From positions 32,001 to 96,000 of the forward strand of contig JBFWJS010000001.1 in assembly GCA_050253075.1 (NCBI GenBank): 64,000 bases of DNA, given 5' to 3'. This document shows positions 7,677 through 16,994 of the stretch, one piece after another. A program made the translations under genes and the position numbers. The first letter of the stretch is position 1; every line of letters starts with the position of its first letter. The stretch comes from Deferribacterales bacterium. Its GTDB lineage: Bacteria > Chrysiogenota > Deferribacteres > Deferribacterales > Geovibrionaceae. The notes beneath the pieces were generated by a model. It was not told the DNA's origin and did no database searches. It saw only the letters and a program-made list of their open reading frames with translations.

Positions 7677-8969
7677 ATGGCACATCTAACAGCAAAGCGG
7701 GGCTACAGCGAGCTGGCGGAAAGGCTGAACAGATTTCCACTGGGCGCACCTGCATCAGACACACTTTTCAAGATTTTATCAGTATTAATGACAGAGAAAG
7801 AGGCCGCTCTCATAGCACAGCTTCCTATTAAACCATTCACGGCAAAGCTGGCTGCGGAGATATGGAAGATGACAGAGACGGAAGCGATGAAACAGCTCGA
7901 CGCTCTCTGCGACAAAGTTCTGCTCATCGACATTATCGAAAACGGACAGACCACATATGTCCTCCCCCCTCCGATGGCAGGCTTCTTCGAATTTTCTATG
8001 ATGCGCACAAGGGGCGACATAGACCAGAAGCTGCTTTCAGACCTTTTTTATCAGTATATGAATGTCGAAGAGGACTTTATAAAGAACCTGTTCGTAAACG
8101 GAGAGACACAGCTGGGGCGTACATTTGTAAACGAACAGATGCTGAGCGAGGACAACAACCTCTATGTGTTCGACTACGAGCGTGCGACGGAGGTTATCAA
8201 AACTGCCAGCCACATAGGCGTGAGCATGTGCTACTGCCGTCATAAGATGCAGCATAAAGGTCAGGCGTGCGATGCGCCGATGGATATCTGTATGACATTC
8301 AACACCGTCGGCAGCTCTCTCATCAGGCACGGATACGCCAGACAGATAGACGTGTCCGAATGTATGGATCTGCTCGGTCAGGCATATGAGCATAACCTCG
8401 TGCAGTTCGGCGAAAACTCCAAGAGCGAGGTCAGCTTCATCTGCAACTGCTGCGGATGCTGCTGTGAGGCACTCATTGCCGCCCGTAAATTCGGCATAAT
8501 GAACCCTGTGCACACATCAAACTTCATCCCTGAAATAGATACGGATAAATGTACGGGGTGCGGGAAATGCGCAGAGCTCTGCCCTGTGGAATCTATGATG
8601 ATGGTGTCCGCACACGACCCTCATAAGCCTAAGCGCAAAATGGCGAAACTGGACGAGGAGACATGCCTCGGATGCGCAGTGTGCCTGCGTGGGTGCAAGG
8701 TCGATGCGTTGAAGCTGAAAAGCAGGGAAAAGCGAGTGATAACACCTGAATCAGGCGTGCATAAGGTCGTGATGATGGCTGTGGAAAGGGGCGGACTGGA
8801 GCACCTGATATTCGACAACAGGGCTATGTTTTCCCACAGGGCTATGGCAGCCATTCTGGGCGCTATACTTAAACTGCCCCCGGTGAAAAAGATGATGGCA
8901 TCAGACCAGATGAAGTCCAGATATCTGTATAACCTGATAGAAAAGCAGGAAGCTAAAAAGGCGAAATAA
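7677..8969 (+). CDS. 4Fe-4S dicluster domain-containing protein with additional Cys motifs
   Basis: CTGCGKCAELCP and CLGCAVCLRGC ferredoxin motifs; CYCRH and CNCCGCCC motifs; HTH-like N-terminus. Confidence 0.85.
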   Translation: MAHLTAKRGYSELAERLNRFPLGAPASDTLFKILSVLMTEKEAALIAQLPIKPFTAKLAAEIWKMTETEAMKQLDALCDKVLLIDIIENGQTTYVLPPPMAGFFEFSMMRTRGDIDQKLLSDLFYQYMNVEEDFIKNLFVNGETQLGRTFVNEQMLSEDNNLYVFDYERATEVIKTASHIGVSMCYCRHKMQHKGQACDAPMDICMTFNTVGSSLIRHGYARQIDVSECMDLLGQAYEHNLVQFGENSKSEVSFICNCCGCCCEALIAARKFGIMNPVHTSNFIPEIDTDKCTGCGKCAELCPVESMMMVSAHDPHKPKRKMAKLDEETCLGCAVCLRGCKVDALKLKSREKRVITPESGVHKVVMMAVERGGLEHLIFDNRAMFSHRAMAAILGAILKLPPVKKMMASDQMKSRYLYNLIEKQEAKKAK

Positions 8970-9004
8970 TAAAAATGAAAGGCGGCGGTAACAACTCCGC
9001 CGCC
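8970..9004 (-). terminator. Terminator between the convergent 4Fe-4S gene and cstA
   Basis: ggcggcgg(8981-8988)/ccgccgcc(8997-9004), A-rich on the left (U-tract on minus strand). Confidence 0.7.
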
Positions 9005-9017
9005 GTATATTGAGATT

Positions 9018-10442
9018 TTATGCTGCCATAGCTTCGGCCGATTCCTCACGCTTTCTGAAAGCGACAAAGAATGCGACAAATGAAGCAGCAGCCACGAATA
9101 GTCCTATGTATGTGGATATCCTGAGATCCATACCGAATCCAATCTTAGCATAAGCGAGATATGTGAATGTCACCGCTGTCATGAATGTGGCAGGAATAGT
9201 GCATATCCAGTGGAACTTGTTCCTCTTTATGAGATACGCAGCGGCAGCCCAGAGCACTATCATAGCGAGCGTCTGGTTTGCCCAGCCGAAGTAACGCCAG
9301 ATAATATTAAAATCGGACTTTGATATAAGGTATCCCACTGCAAAAAGGGGTACGGCAACAGCAAGCCTTTTCAGGTTCGGCTTCTGGTCGAAGTTCAGCA
9401 TGTCTGCGATGATGAGCCTCGCACTGCGGAAAGCCGTGTCGCCCGAGCTGATCGGCAGGATGATAACACCTACGACAGCGAGTAAACCGCCGAAATGGCC
9501 GAGCAGTGTTGTGGATATCTCATTAACTACATAAGCAGGGCCGCCCTGTGCAAGGGATGCATTAAGTCCGGCGACGCCGTCATTATAAAAGCTGAGTCCG
9601 AGAGTAGCCCAGACGAGAGCTATCACGCCCTCTCCTATCATGGCTCCGTAAAAGACCTTTCTGCCCATTTTCTCATTAGGCAGACATCTCGCCATCAGAG
9701 GAGACTGTGTGGCGTGGAAGCCGCTTATCGCTCCGCAGGCGATGGTGATAAACATCAGAGGCCAGAGCGGGAGCTCTTTCGGGTTTATGTTTGCCAGTGT
9801 CTTTTCAGGATAGAAGTGATATCCCTTTACCATGAGTGCAACAGTCAGCCCCACAGCCATGAAGATAAGTACTGCGCCGAAGAGTGGATAAACCCTTCCG
9901 ATGATCTTATCGATAGGCAGGATGGTGGCTATGAAATAGTAAGCGAATATTATGGCAACAAGTGTCATAACAGGCAGGCTGGTCATGTTCGCCAGCAGTT
10001 TCGCAGGGCCGAGGACAAACACGACACCGACGAGAAGCAGAAGCACGACTGAGAAAACTCTCATGAACTGTTTGAAAAAATAACCTAAATTAAAACCAAC
10101 GACATCAGGGATGCTTTTACCCTCGTATCTGACAGATAACATGCCGGAGAAATAATCGTGCACGGCACCGCCGAATATAGAACCGACAACGATCCATATA
10201 AGGGCACTGGGGCCGTAAAGCGCACCGAGGATAGGGCCGAATATAGGGCCGAGACCTGCAATGTTCAGAAGCTGTACAAGGAAGATCTTCCATGGCTTCA
10301 TCTCAACAAAGTCTACACCGTCATTGTGTGTGTGGGCAGGCGTAAGCCTTTGTTCATCCGGTTCGAAGATACTGTCGACTATTTTACCATAGACGAAATA
10401 GCCTGCTAAAAGCAGGGCTACGGAAATAAAAAATATGTACAT
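9018..10442 (-). CDS. cstA: Carbon starvation protein A (CstA) family transporter
   Basis: TPAHTHNDGVDF, NIAGLGPIFGP, TIACGAISGFHATQSP, SGDTAFRSAR; GGAGGA RBS before ATG 10442. Confidence 0.9.
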   Translation of the reverse strand: MYIFFISVALLLAGYFVYGKIVDSIFEPDEQRLTPAHTHNDGVDFVEMKPWKIFLVQLLNIAGLGPIFGPILGALYGPSALIWIVVGSIFGGAVHDYFSGMLSVRYEGKSIPDVVGFNLGYFFKQFMRVFSVVLLLLVGVVFVLGPAKLLANMTSLPVMTLVAIIFAYYFIATILPIDKIIGRVYPLFGAVLIFMAVGLTVALMVKGYHFYPEKTLANINPKELPLWPLMFITIACGAISGFHATQSPLMARCLPNEKMGRKVFYGAMIGEGVIALVWATLGLSFYNDGVAGLNASLAQGGPAYVVNEISTTLLGHFGGLLAVVGVIILPISSGDTAFRSARLIIADMLNFDQKPNLKRLAVAVPLFAVGYLISKSDFNIIWRYFGWANQTLAMIVLWAAAAYLIKRNKFHWICTIPATFMTAVTFTYLAYAKIGFGMDLRISTYIGLFVAAASFVAFFVAFRKREESAEAMAA

Positions 10443-10730
10443 ATTACCTTTCCTCCATGGTCGATAATATACCAGAAAAAGAGAAATGTTTAGCATATAT
10501 TTAACATATAGATAAAATATGTTTACTTTGCATTAATTTTGAACACAGGCGCCATTGATAAAAACCTATGCTCAGATGCACCATAAATACATACCGTTAT
10601 AGACAATAACTCATATGGGTAGTTACTTATGATGATTTCTCCACAATATGCACAAAAATAAGAAATATATAAGAAAAAGGTGCTAGGATGATTTATTACA
10701 GATAGTGGTGTTGTAAATAGATCTGTACTG

Positions 10731-10763
10731 AAGGGTCTGTTCCGCAAGGGGCAGACTCTTTTT
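10731..10763 (+). terminator. Plus-strand intrinsic terminator with no annotated plus-strand gene upstream
   Basis: aagggtctgttcc-GCAA-ggggcagactctt-ttt; 13 bp including 3 G-U pairs that form only on the + strand. Confidence 0.65.
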
Positions 10764-13700
10764 ATATACCGTCTTTCTTCAGCTCGAATATCGCCTTTGA
10801 TATCTCATATTCGTCAAATTCGTTCTCTGCCAGATATTCTGCATATTTATCCAGCAGTTTCAGCACAAGCATGCTGTCGCCGTTCTTTTTATAATGGGAA
10901 ACGACACTTCGGAATGTCTCCTGATCTTTCATTATCACTTTCAGCCTGCATGCGACGGTTCTGTCCAGCCCCGAAAGCCCGCTGAGGCGCACCTCATGAA
11001 ACAGCATGTAGGATACCATAGTGAAAAACGAACTCTCCACGGCCGAGGCATACTCCGACACATCCACAGCCCCGCTGTATCCGTCCATAAATGCACCCTT
11101 ATACAGAGCCTCTGCCCTGCGCAGCATCATGAAGGATTCGATATATTTACCGTTTATGTAATTCCTGCGGGTCCTATATACCAGATTAATAAACTCCGCC
11201 GAATCCACTATCACATTTTTCAGAGATATCTGACCGTTCTTAACAGTAATGTACTGCTTTGCTTCCAGCCCCAGTTCAGCTTTTATTATACTGCGTATCC
11301 TGCTGACGGAGGCGTCCAGACAATTACGAGCCTTAGCGTATGAAACATCGCTCCACAGCGTACCCATAACACACTGCACCGGCGCTGTCATGTCCGTACT
11401 GCATACCAGCATTGCAATCAATGAATGGAGCATACCGCCCAGACTTTCCGAGGAGACCTTTTTCTCCCCGCAGGAAAGCTCCAGCCTGTTCATGGTGTTA
11501 ATGTTTATGCAGGGAATCTCTGCATCGGCAGAAAGATTAAGCCCGAAGCGCTCCCTTGCTATCTCTGATGCATATTCCGCCGTAGACTGGTTCTTCACGG
11601 CATATCGCAGTCCCGGCATATATATGTCATCTACCATACCCCAGAAATACTTTATCTGTTCACTGCGAAAATGCTCTATACCCTTTACGGCATATTCTGC
11701 GGCCTCTTTAAACCTGCCTGTGTGATGGCAGATATATGCACGGATAAAGCATGCCTTCCCTTCGAAAGCAGGAGATGTGAAATCCATCCGCATAGCATCT
11801 GCATATTTCTCTGCAAGTGCGTATTCACCCACCAGAGCACATGTCTCTGCTGCAAAGGAATTACTCAATATATAGAAAAACTTATGAGCCCCGCTATTTT
11901 GTCTCTTTTCCAGAGATATTTCCAGAGCCTTCATCGCTTTTTCGGTTTCACCGTTTACGGCATACACAAGGGCCTTAGTATGCATAAGCTGGCTGTCGGG
12001 ATGATCAGGCGCTGAGTTCTCTTTATAAAAACCGTCGATGATCTCCATTGCCTTTTCAGCATTGCCTGCTGAAAGTATATTATCCGCCAGCCAAGTGGTG
12101 ATAAATACTTTCAGTATAGGGCTTGGAGTCTCGTCAATGATCTCACAGCAGACATCATAAAGATACTGCAGTTCACCTTTCAGCCCATAGTGGTTTATTA
12201 TATGCCCCAGACAGAATACATCCGTCATAAGGTTGCTCACGGCACTGCCGTGTATCTCGTAGAGCTCGTTGCTCCCCTCTGAAAGTGTCGCCGAGTCAGA
12301 CATAAACTGTGCCCACATCGCCTTCAGCGTGATGGTGCTGAACTCCGTACTGAAGCTCTTCTGCTTCTTATTCAGTTCCTCCACACGATCCAGATAAGGC
12401 AGAGGGTCGGCATCGCCATAGGTGAAGATAGCCCCCACAGCCAGAGCCGTATTTATGATCAGCTCAAATTCAGGGTGAATGTCTGCATGTTCGTCATACA
12501 GCTCCAAAAGACGCTTATGATATGAGGCAGCCAGCTCGAAATCTCCGCCGATATATGCCAGATATTTCACAAGGCAGGAGACTGCCAGTCCCTCGCACAG
12601 CTTGTCGCCTGTCTTTTCTGCCTGCACAGCCGAGGCGGTCAGATAATCGAATGCCGCTATATTGCCGTCCTGCTCTGCCTGCATCCCCATGAAGAGATAC
12701 GTCACGGGCATTGGTTCCTTTGCACCGACCACAGCCTTTGTAACTGTCTCATATATATATTTAACACTGCTGAGTTCTCTGATATCCGCCAGACCGCTCT
12801 TCATCGCTGATTCTATTCCGCACAGATCGCCCGCATCGGCCAGATATTTCACAGCTTTGGAGTATTCGCCCCTTTGCAGTTCGAAATCCGCCGCCGACTT
12901 CAGAAACCTTGAAATATCACCAGAAGAGAAATTCTTTCTGACATTTGCAGAGAGATATTCAGCAAAGAGGTGGTGATACGTATATCTCCCTTCGCCCGCT
13001 TCATAAACGAAAAAGTTATGGTCGTGCATCTCTTTCAGCCTTTGCAGGGCTGTCTTTCCGTCGGGGAGAGCGAGCACCATATCTGTGTGGAAGTCCTCCA
13101 GCAGTGCCAGCAGACGTACGGTTCCCTTTCTGTCCGAGGCTTTGCTGTCGGCATCCAGCACGTTGAAATATTTCGACATCACATTCTCCATACTGCGTAT
13201 GTGGCTGATGTTAGTAATATTATGCTTTGTCATATAGTCGAATATAAGCCTGACGCCCATCACCCATCCGTCTGTTATCTCCAGTATTTTTTCAATACTG
13301 CCGAAATCGCAGAGCCAAGTAAGGCATGCGTTGCACAGCATCATGAACTCCGCCTTGTCCAGACGAAGATAAGAGCCGTCCACAGCGTAATACCGCTTCG
13401 AAGTTTTCAGAGAAATGTTCCTGCGGGAGCATATAATAGGGGTGATATTGAATGTGAGCCTGCCGAGAAAAGTGCAGAGGCAATGGAGCCCAAGCCCGTC
13501 TGAAGGGAGTATGTGCAGGTCATCGATGATAATGCAGTAGCGACCTTCCAGCTTTGCCAGAGCCTCGGCTATCATACCTGCGTATCTGCCGTATTCGAAG
13601 ATTATCATGGTCTTCTGCTTTATCAGCTCGTCCAGCTCGGGGGATGAATATCCGGGCAGTTTCTCCTTTAGCAGGGTGTGCAGACCTATGCATAGATGGA

Positions 13701-13908
13701 GCGGTTCCCTGTCTTTCTCCGTCAGCTGATATCTGATGTAAACATTTGTCAGCTCAGTGAGAATAAAGGATGCAAAGATGCTCTTCCCCTGCCCGGCCTG
13801 TGCGGATATGGTTATACCGTCAAAGTCCGCAGCTTCGGAAAGGACATTCTCAACCTTGTGTTTTCTCGATATCAGAGTATCGCCTGCAAAGGGCTCATTT
13901 CTATACAT
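10762..13908 (-). CDS. Large MalT-like STAND ATPase transcriptional regulator with TPR-like region and C-terminal wHTH/BTAD-like domain
   Basis: Walker A AQAGQGKS, Walker B IIIDDLH, TDGWVMG, YTYHHLFAEYL; C-terminal LWSD...LDASVSRIR...LYKGAFM. Confidence 0.75.
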   Translation of the reverse strand: MYRNEPFAGDTLISRKHKVENVLSEAADFDGITISAQAGQGKSIFASFILTELTNVYIRYQLTEKDREPLHLCIGLHTLLKEKLPGYSSPELDELIKQKTMIIFEYGRYAGMIAEALAKLEGRYCIIIDDLHILPSDGLGLHCLCTFLGRLTFNITPIICSRRNISLKTSKRYYAVDGSYLRLDKAEFMMLCNACLTWLCDFGSIEKILEITDGWVMGVRLIFDYMTKHNITNISHIRSMENVMSKYFNVLDADSKASDRKGTVRLLALLEDFHTDMVLALPDGKTALQRLKEMHDHNFFVYEAGEGRYTYHHLFAEYLSANVRKNFSSGDISRFLKSAADFELQRGEYSKAVKYLADAGDLCGIESAMKSGLADIRELSSVKYIYETVTKAVVGAKEPMPVTYLFMGMQAEQDGNIAAFDYLTASAVQAEKTGDKLCEGLAVSCLVKYLAYIGGDFELAASYHKRLLELYDEHADIHPEFELIINTALAVGAIFTYGDADPLPYLDRVEELNKKQKSFSTEFSTITLKAMWAQFMSDSATLSEGSNELYEIHGSAVSNLMTDVFCLGHIINHYGLKGELQYLYDVCCEIIDETPSPILKVFITTWLADNILSAGNAEKAMEIIDGFYKENSAPDHPDSQLMHTKALVYAVNGETEKAMKALEISLEKRQNSGAHKFFYILSNSFAAETCALVGEYALAEKYADAMRMDFTSPAFEGKACFIRAYICHHTGRFKEAAEYAVKGIEHFRSEQIKYFWGMVDDIYMPGLRYAVKNQSTAEYASEIARERFGLNLSADAEIPCININTMNRLELSCGEKKVSSESLGGMLHSLIAMLVCSTDMTAPVQCVMGTLWSDVSYAKARNCLDASVSRIRSIIKAELGLEAKQYITVKNGQISLKNVIVDSAEFINLVYRTRRNYINGKYIESFMMLRRAEALYKGAFMDGYSGAVDVSEYASAVESSFFTMVSYMLFHEVRLSGLSGLDRTVACRLKVIMKDQETFRSVVSHYKKNGDSMLVLKLLDKYAEYLAENEFDEYEISKAIFELKKDGI

Positions 13909-13924
13909 ATTAAATTTTATATTA

Positions 13925-13941
13925 TTTCGATAAAATCGAAA
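13925..13941. promoter_or_regulatory. Perfect inverted repeat, candidate operator just upstream of the STAND regulator
   Basis: tttcgat-aaa-atcgaaa. Confidence 0.4.
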
Positions 13942-14047
13942 AGGTAATCTCCACCTTAATTATAGATTTATATATAATTTGTATTACATAAGAAAATATC
14001 AGTGCTATATTTAGATAATCCATAAACAATACGGAAACAGCATACAT

Positions 14048-15742
14048 ATGAAGCCAATTATTAAACCAGTTTATGTCTTTATACTTTTAATATGCATAGC
14101 AATGTCTGCATCTGCCGCCGATATACAGGACTTCAGCAAAGGCTGGGAATACCGTCTGGGCGATGATCCGTCATGGGCTTTGGAAAGCGGAGACCCTGCC
14201 CTGTGGTCTCAGATAGATTTCCCCAGCAACCCTGAAGACCGTGTGGACGAGACAAACGCATGGTTTCGTGCGGAGCTTCCTGAAAACAGATGGAGAGCCC
14301 CCGCATTGTACATATACAGCATAGACCTGATAGCTCAGGTGTATCTGGACGGAAAGATGATATACCAGTTCGGCGATATGAACCCCGAGGGGGCAGGGAC
14401 ATTCAGAGGATGGCCGTGGCATGTAATAAGCCTCCCCGACGACATGGGCGGAAAGTATCTGTACGTAAGAGTATATTCAAATTATCCCGACATCGGTCTC
14501 TGGGGACAGATAGAGATAGGCTCGAAGCACGACCTCATGAAGCACATCTTCCGACTGGGCAACCTGCTGAGGCTCATCATAGGCTCTATCGCCCTTTATA
14601 TGGGGCTTATATTCCTCATATCCTTCACCATGTGGAGAAAGAACATTCCAAACTTTTTCCTCGGCCTGCTGATAAGCACTCAGGGTTTGGATATGATGCT
14701 CTCTTCGCAGATAACACAGATATACTTCTTTTATCCGCTCACATCGCAATACCTTATGGCATTCTGCTATTTCTTCCTGCCTGTGGGTGTCGCCGCATAC
14801 ATAGAGTCCATCATAGGCAGCGGACACTTTAAGCTGGTGCGCAGGGTGTGGCAGATATTCCTTATTTATCTTATAGCTTCAATGCTTCTCCCTTTATCGG
14901 GAGCAATGAATCTTTCGTCTTTTTACATGCCGTTTGACAAACTTTACTACTTCTTTGGTCTGCCAGTGCTCTTGATATACACATTCAATGCCGCCAGAAG
15001 GAACAATATCGAAGCGAGGCTACTCTTTGCGGGTTATTTCATTATGGTGCTGTCATACATGCAGAGCACGCTGACTGCGATAGGCTGGCTCCCGTGGAGC
15101 GAATCATACACCCATCTGGGCATATTCATCTTCCTCGCTATGCTCTGCCTTATAACTCTCAAAAGGTATACACACAGTAAGTTGTTAGAGGATAAGAACA
15201 GAGAACTGGCAGAAACACAGCTCAAGCTGGAGCGGAAGAATTCTGAGCTGGACGTTCTCTCCAGAACAGACGCACTGACAAAGCTGCACAACAGGATGTA
15301 CCTCGACCTGCTGCTAGAGAATGCGATAGAGAAATCGAAAAGTTCCGACTCTTGGTTTTCTGTAGTGATGGTGGACTTCGACAGATTTAAGATAATCAAC
15401 GACACATACGGCCACCAGACAGGTGACATAATATTAAAGACTATATCAGGCGTACTGAAAGCAAGCATAAGAGAGGCAGACCACATAGGACGCTGGGGCG
15501 GGGAAGAGTTCCTCATCATACTGCCCGACACAGACTATCACCACGCACAGATAGTGGCGGAAAAGCTGAGAGACGCAGTTGCCTCATACTGCTTTGAAAA
15601 GATACCTTCGCAGACTGCCAGCTTCGGCGTTGCCACATATGCCAAAGGCGACAAGGCAAACACCCTGCTCGCCCGTGCGGACAAAGCACTCTATATGGCA
15701 AAATCCAACGGCAGGAACAATGTGAAAGCAGTGCCTGCTTAG
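14048..15742 (+). CDS. Membrane diguanylate cyclase (periplasmic beta-sandwich + 7TM + GGDEF)
   Basis: Signal peptide, multiple TM helices, DALTKLHNR, DFDRFKIINDTYGH, RWGGEEF, I-site READ. Confidence 0.9.
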   Translation: MKPIIKPVYVFILLICIAMSASAADIQDFSKGWEYRLGDDPSWALESGDPALWSQIDFPSNPEDRVDETNAWFRAELPENRWRAPALYIYSIDLIAQVYLDGKMIYQFGDMNPEGAGTFRGWPWHVISLPDDMGGKYLYVRVYSNYPDIGLWGQIEIGSKHDLMKHIFRLGNLLRLIIGSIALYMGLIFLISFTMWRKNIPNFFLGLLISTQGLDMMLSSQITQIYFFYPLTSQYLMAFCYFFLPVGVAAYIESIIGSGHFKLVRRVWQIFLIYLIASMLLPLSGAMNLSSFYMPFDKLYYFFGLPVLLIYTFNAARRNNIEARLLFAGYFIMVLSYMQSTLTAIGWLPWSESYTHLGIFIFLAMLCLITLKRYTHSKLLEDKNRELAETQLKLERKNSELDVLSRTDALTKLHNRMYLDLLLENAIEKSKSSDSWFSVVMVDFDRFKIINDTYGHQTGDIILKTISGVLKASIREADHIGRWGGEEFLIILPDTDYHHAQIVAEKLRDAVASYCFEKIPSQTASFGVATYAKGDKANTLLARADKALYMAKSNGRNNVKAVPA

Positions 15743-16701
15743 GCTGCTGCCCTCTTCCTTCGGGAAATGTATATCAATATCGAGCCCACTATGACCAGCC
15801 CGATGCTCGCCAAATGCGGTGCACGCAGACTGCCCACCATGAGATCCTCCGCACGGAAGAATGTCACGAACGAACGTATAACAGCATAGAATATAAAATA
15901 CATACCGCTGATGAAGCCCAGCCCTATCTGCTCGTCTTTCCTCCACAGCCACACAAGGAAAGCTCCGAAGAGGAAATTCAGTATGGATTCGTAAAAGAAT
16001 GTCGGGTGCAGGGGGATGCTGCCGAACTCTCTGTATGCTGGGGGCATGTATTTAGCATTGAAAGAGATACCCCACGGGACATAGTCCCTCAGTATGTATT
16101 CCTTCCCCGCATATGTGACAGCCAGCTCGCCCTTTGCTTTCAGCATGTTATAAAAGTTTGTCAGGCTGACGGGATCGTTATGTACGTTGAATTTATCAAG
16201 AACAGTATGCCAGAACTGTCCGAAATGAGCCTTTTTAAGATCGAATATGATGCTGAACGGAGTAAACACGGGCACACCGTGCACCTCTCCGTTTGCGAAA
16301 TTGCCGAAACGGCCGAGCCCCTGAGAAAGGAGCACGAACGGAAGCGTAAGGTCGCCTATGGCAAATGGGCTGATGCTCTTGTATCTGGTGTATATAAAGA
16401 CAGTGACAAGACCGCCTATCAAACCGCCGTGTATGGCGAGCCCGCCGTGCCATATGGCAAAGATCTCCATAGGATTACTGCTGAAATACCCGCTCCAGTT
16501 CAGTATGACATAATAGGCTCTCGCACCTATCAAACCGCCGAGGAACGTGAAGATGATGATGTTCTCCATCTGCTCCTTCGGTATGCCGAATTTCCTGCTC
16601 CGTCTGGAGACAAAGAATATTGTCATCACCAGCCCTAAGATATACATAAGGCTGTAAACCCTCAGCTCAAAAAAGCCTATCTTAAATAAAACAGGGAACA
16701 T
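15739..16701 (-). CDS. lgt: Prolipoprotein diacylglyceryl transferase
   Basis: IGARAYYV, WHGGLAIHGG, GRFGNFANGE, HPTFFYES. Confidence 0.95.
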   Translation of the reverse strand: MFPVLFKIGFFELRVYSLMYILGLVMTIFFVSRRSRKFGIPKEQMENIIIFTFLGGLIGARAYYVILNWSGYFSSNPMEIFAIWHGGLAIHGGLIGGLVTVFIYTRYKSISPFAIGDLTLPFVLLSQGLGRFGNFANGEVHGVPVFTPFSIIFDLKKAHFGQFWHTVLDKFNVHNDPVSLTNFYNMLKAKGELAVTYAGKEYILRDYVPWGISFNAKYMPPAYREFGSIPLHPTFFYESILNFLFGAFLVWLWRKDEQIGLGFISGMYFIFYAVIRSFVTFFRAEDLMVGSLRAPHLASIGLVIVGSILIYISRRKRAAA

Positions 16702-16906
16702 AATTACTCCTGTGAATGGTTATATACATACTTATACTTTTTGCACTTATTAAACAATAACGAATCTGTTTCTTATAACCTTAAAATATTTATCATATAA
16801 AAGTAGTATCAGTTACTTGGAAACACAAGCCCCAAGAATATGCAAATCTGCATGCACATATCAGCGCATAATTTCACAAAATAAAAACGATAATTTTTAT
16901 CTTGAT

Positions 16907-16936
16907 TTGACACGTTTTTAAATAGTCTGGTAAAAT
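16907..16936 (+). promoter_or_regulatory. Sigma70-type promoter for the hybrid kinase operon
   Basis: TTGACA(16907-16912)-N18-TAAAAT(16931-16936) with TGn extension. Confidence 0.5.
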
Positions 16937-16994
16937 TAAAACAATCGTACAGCACCACTGTAAACAAATTTATATTTCATTCACCGGGTAAAAA

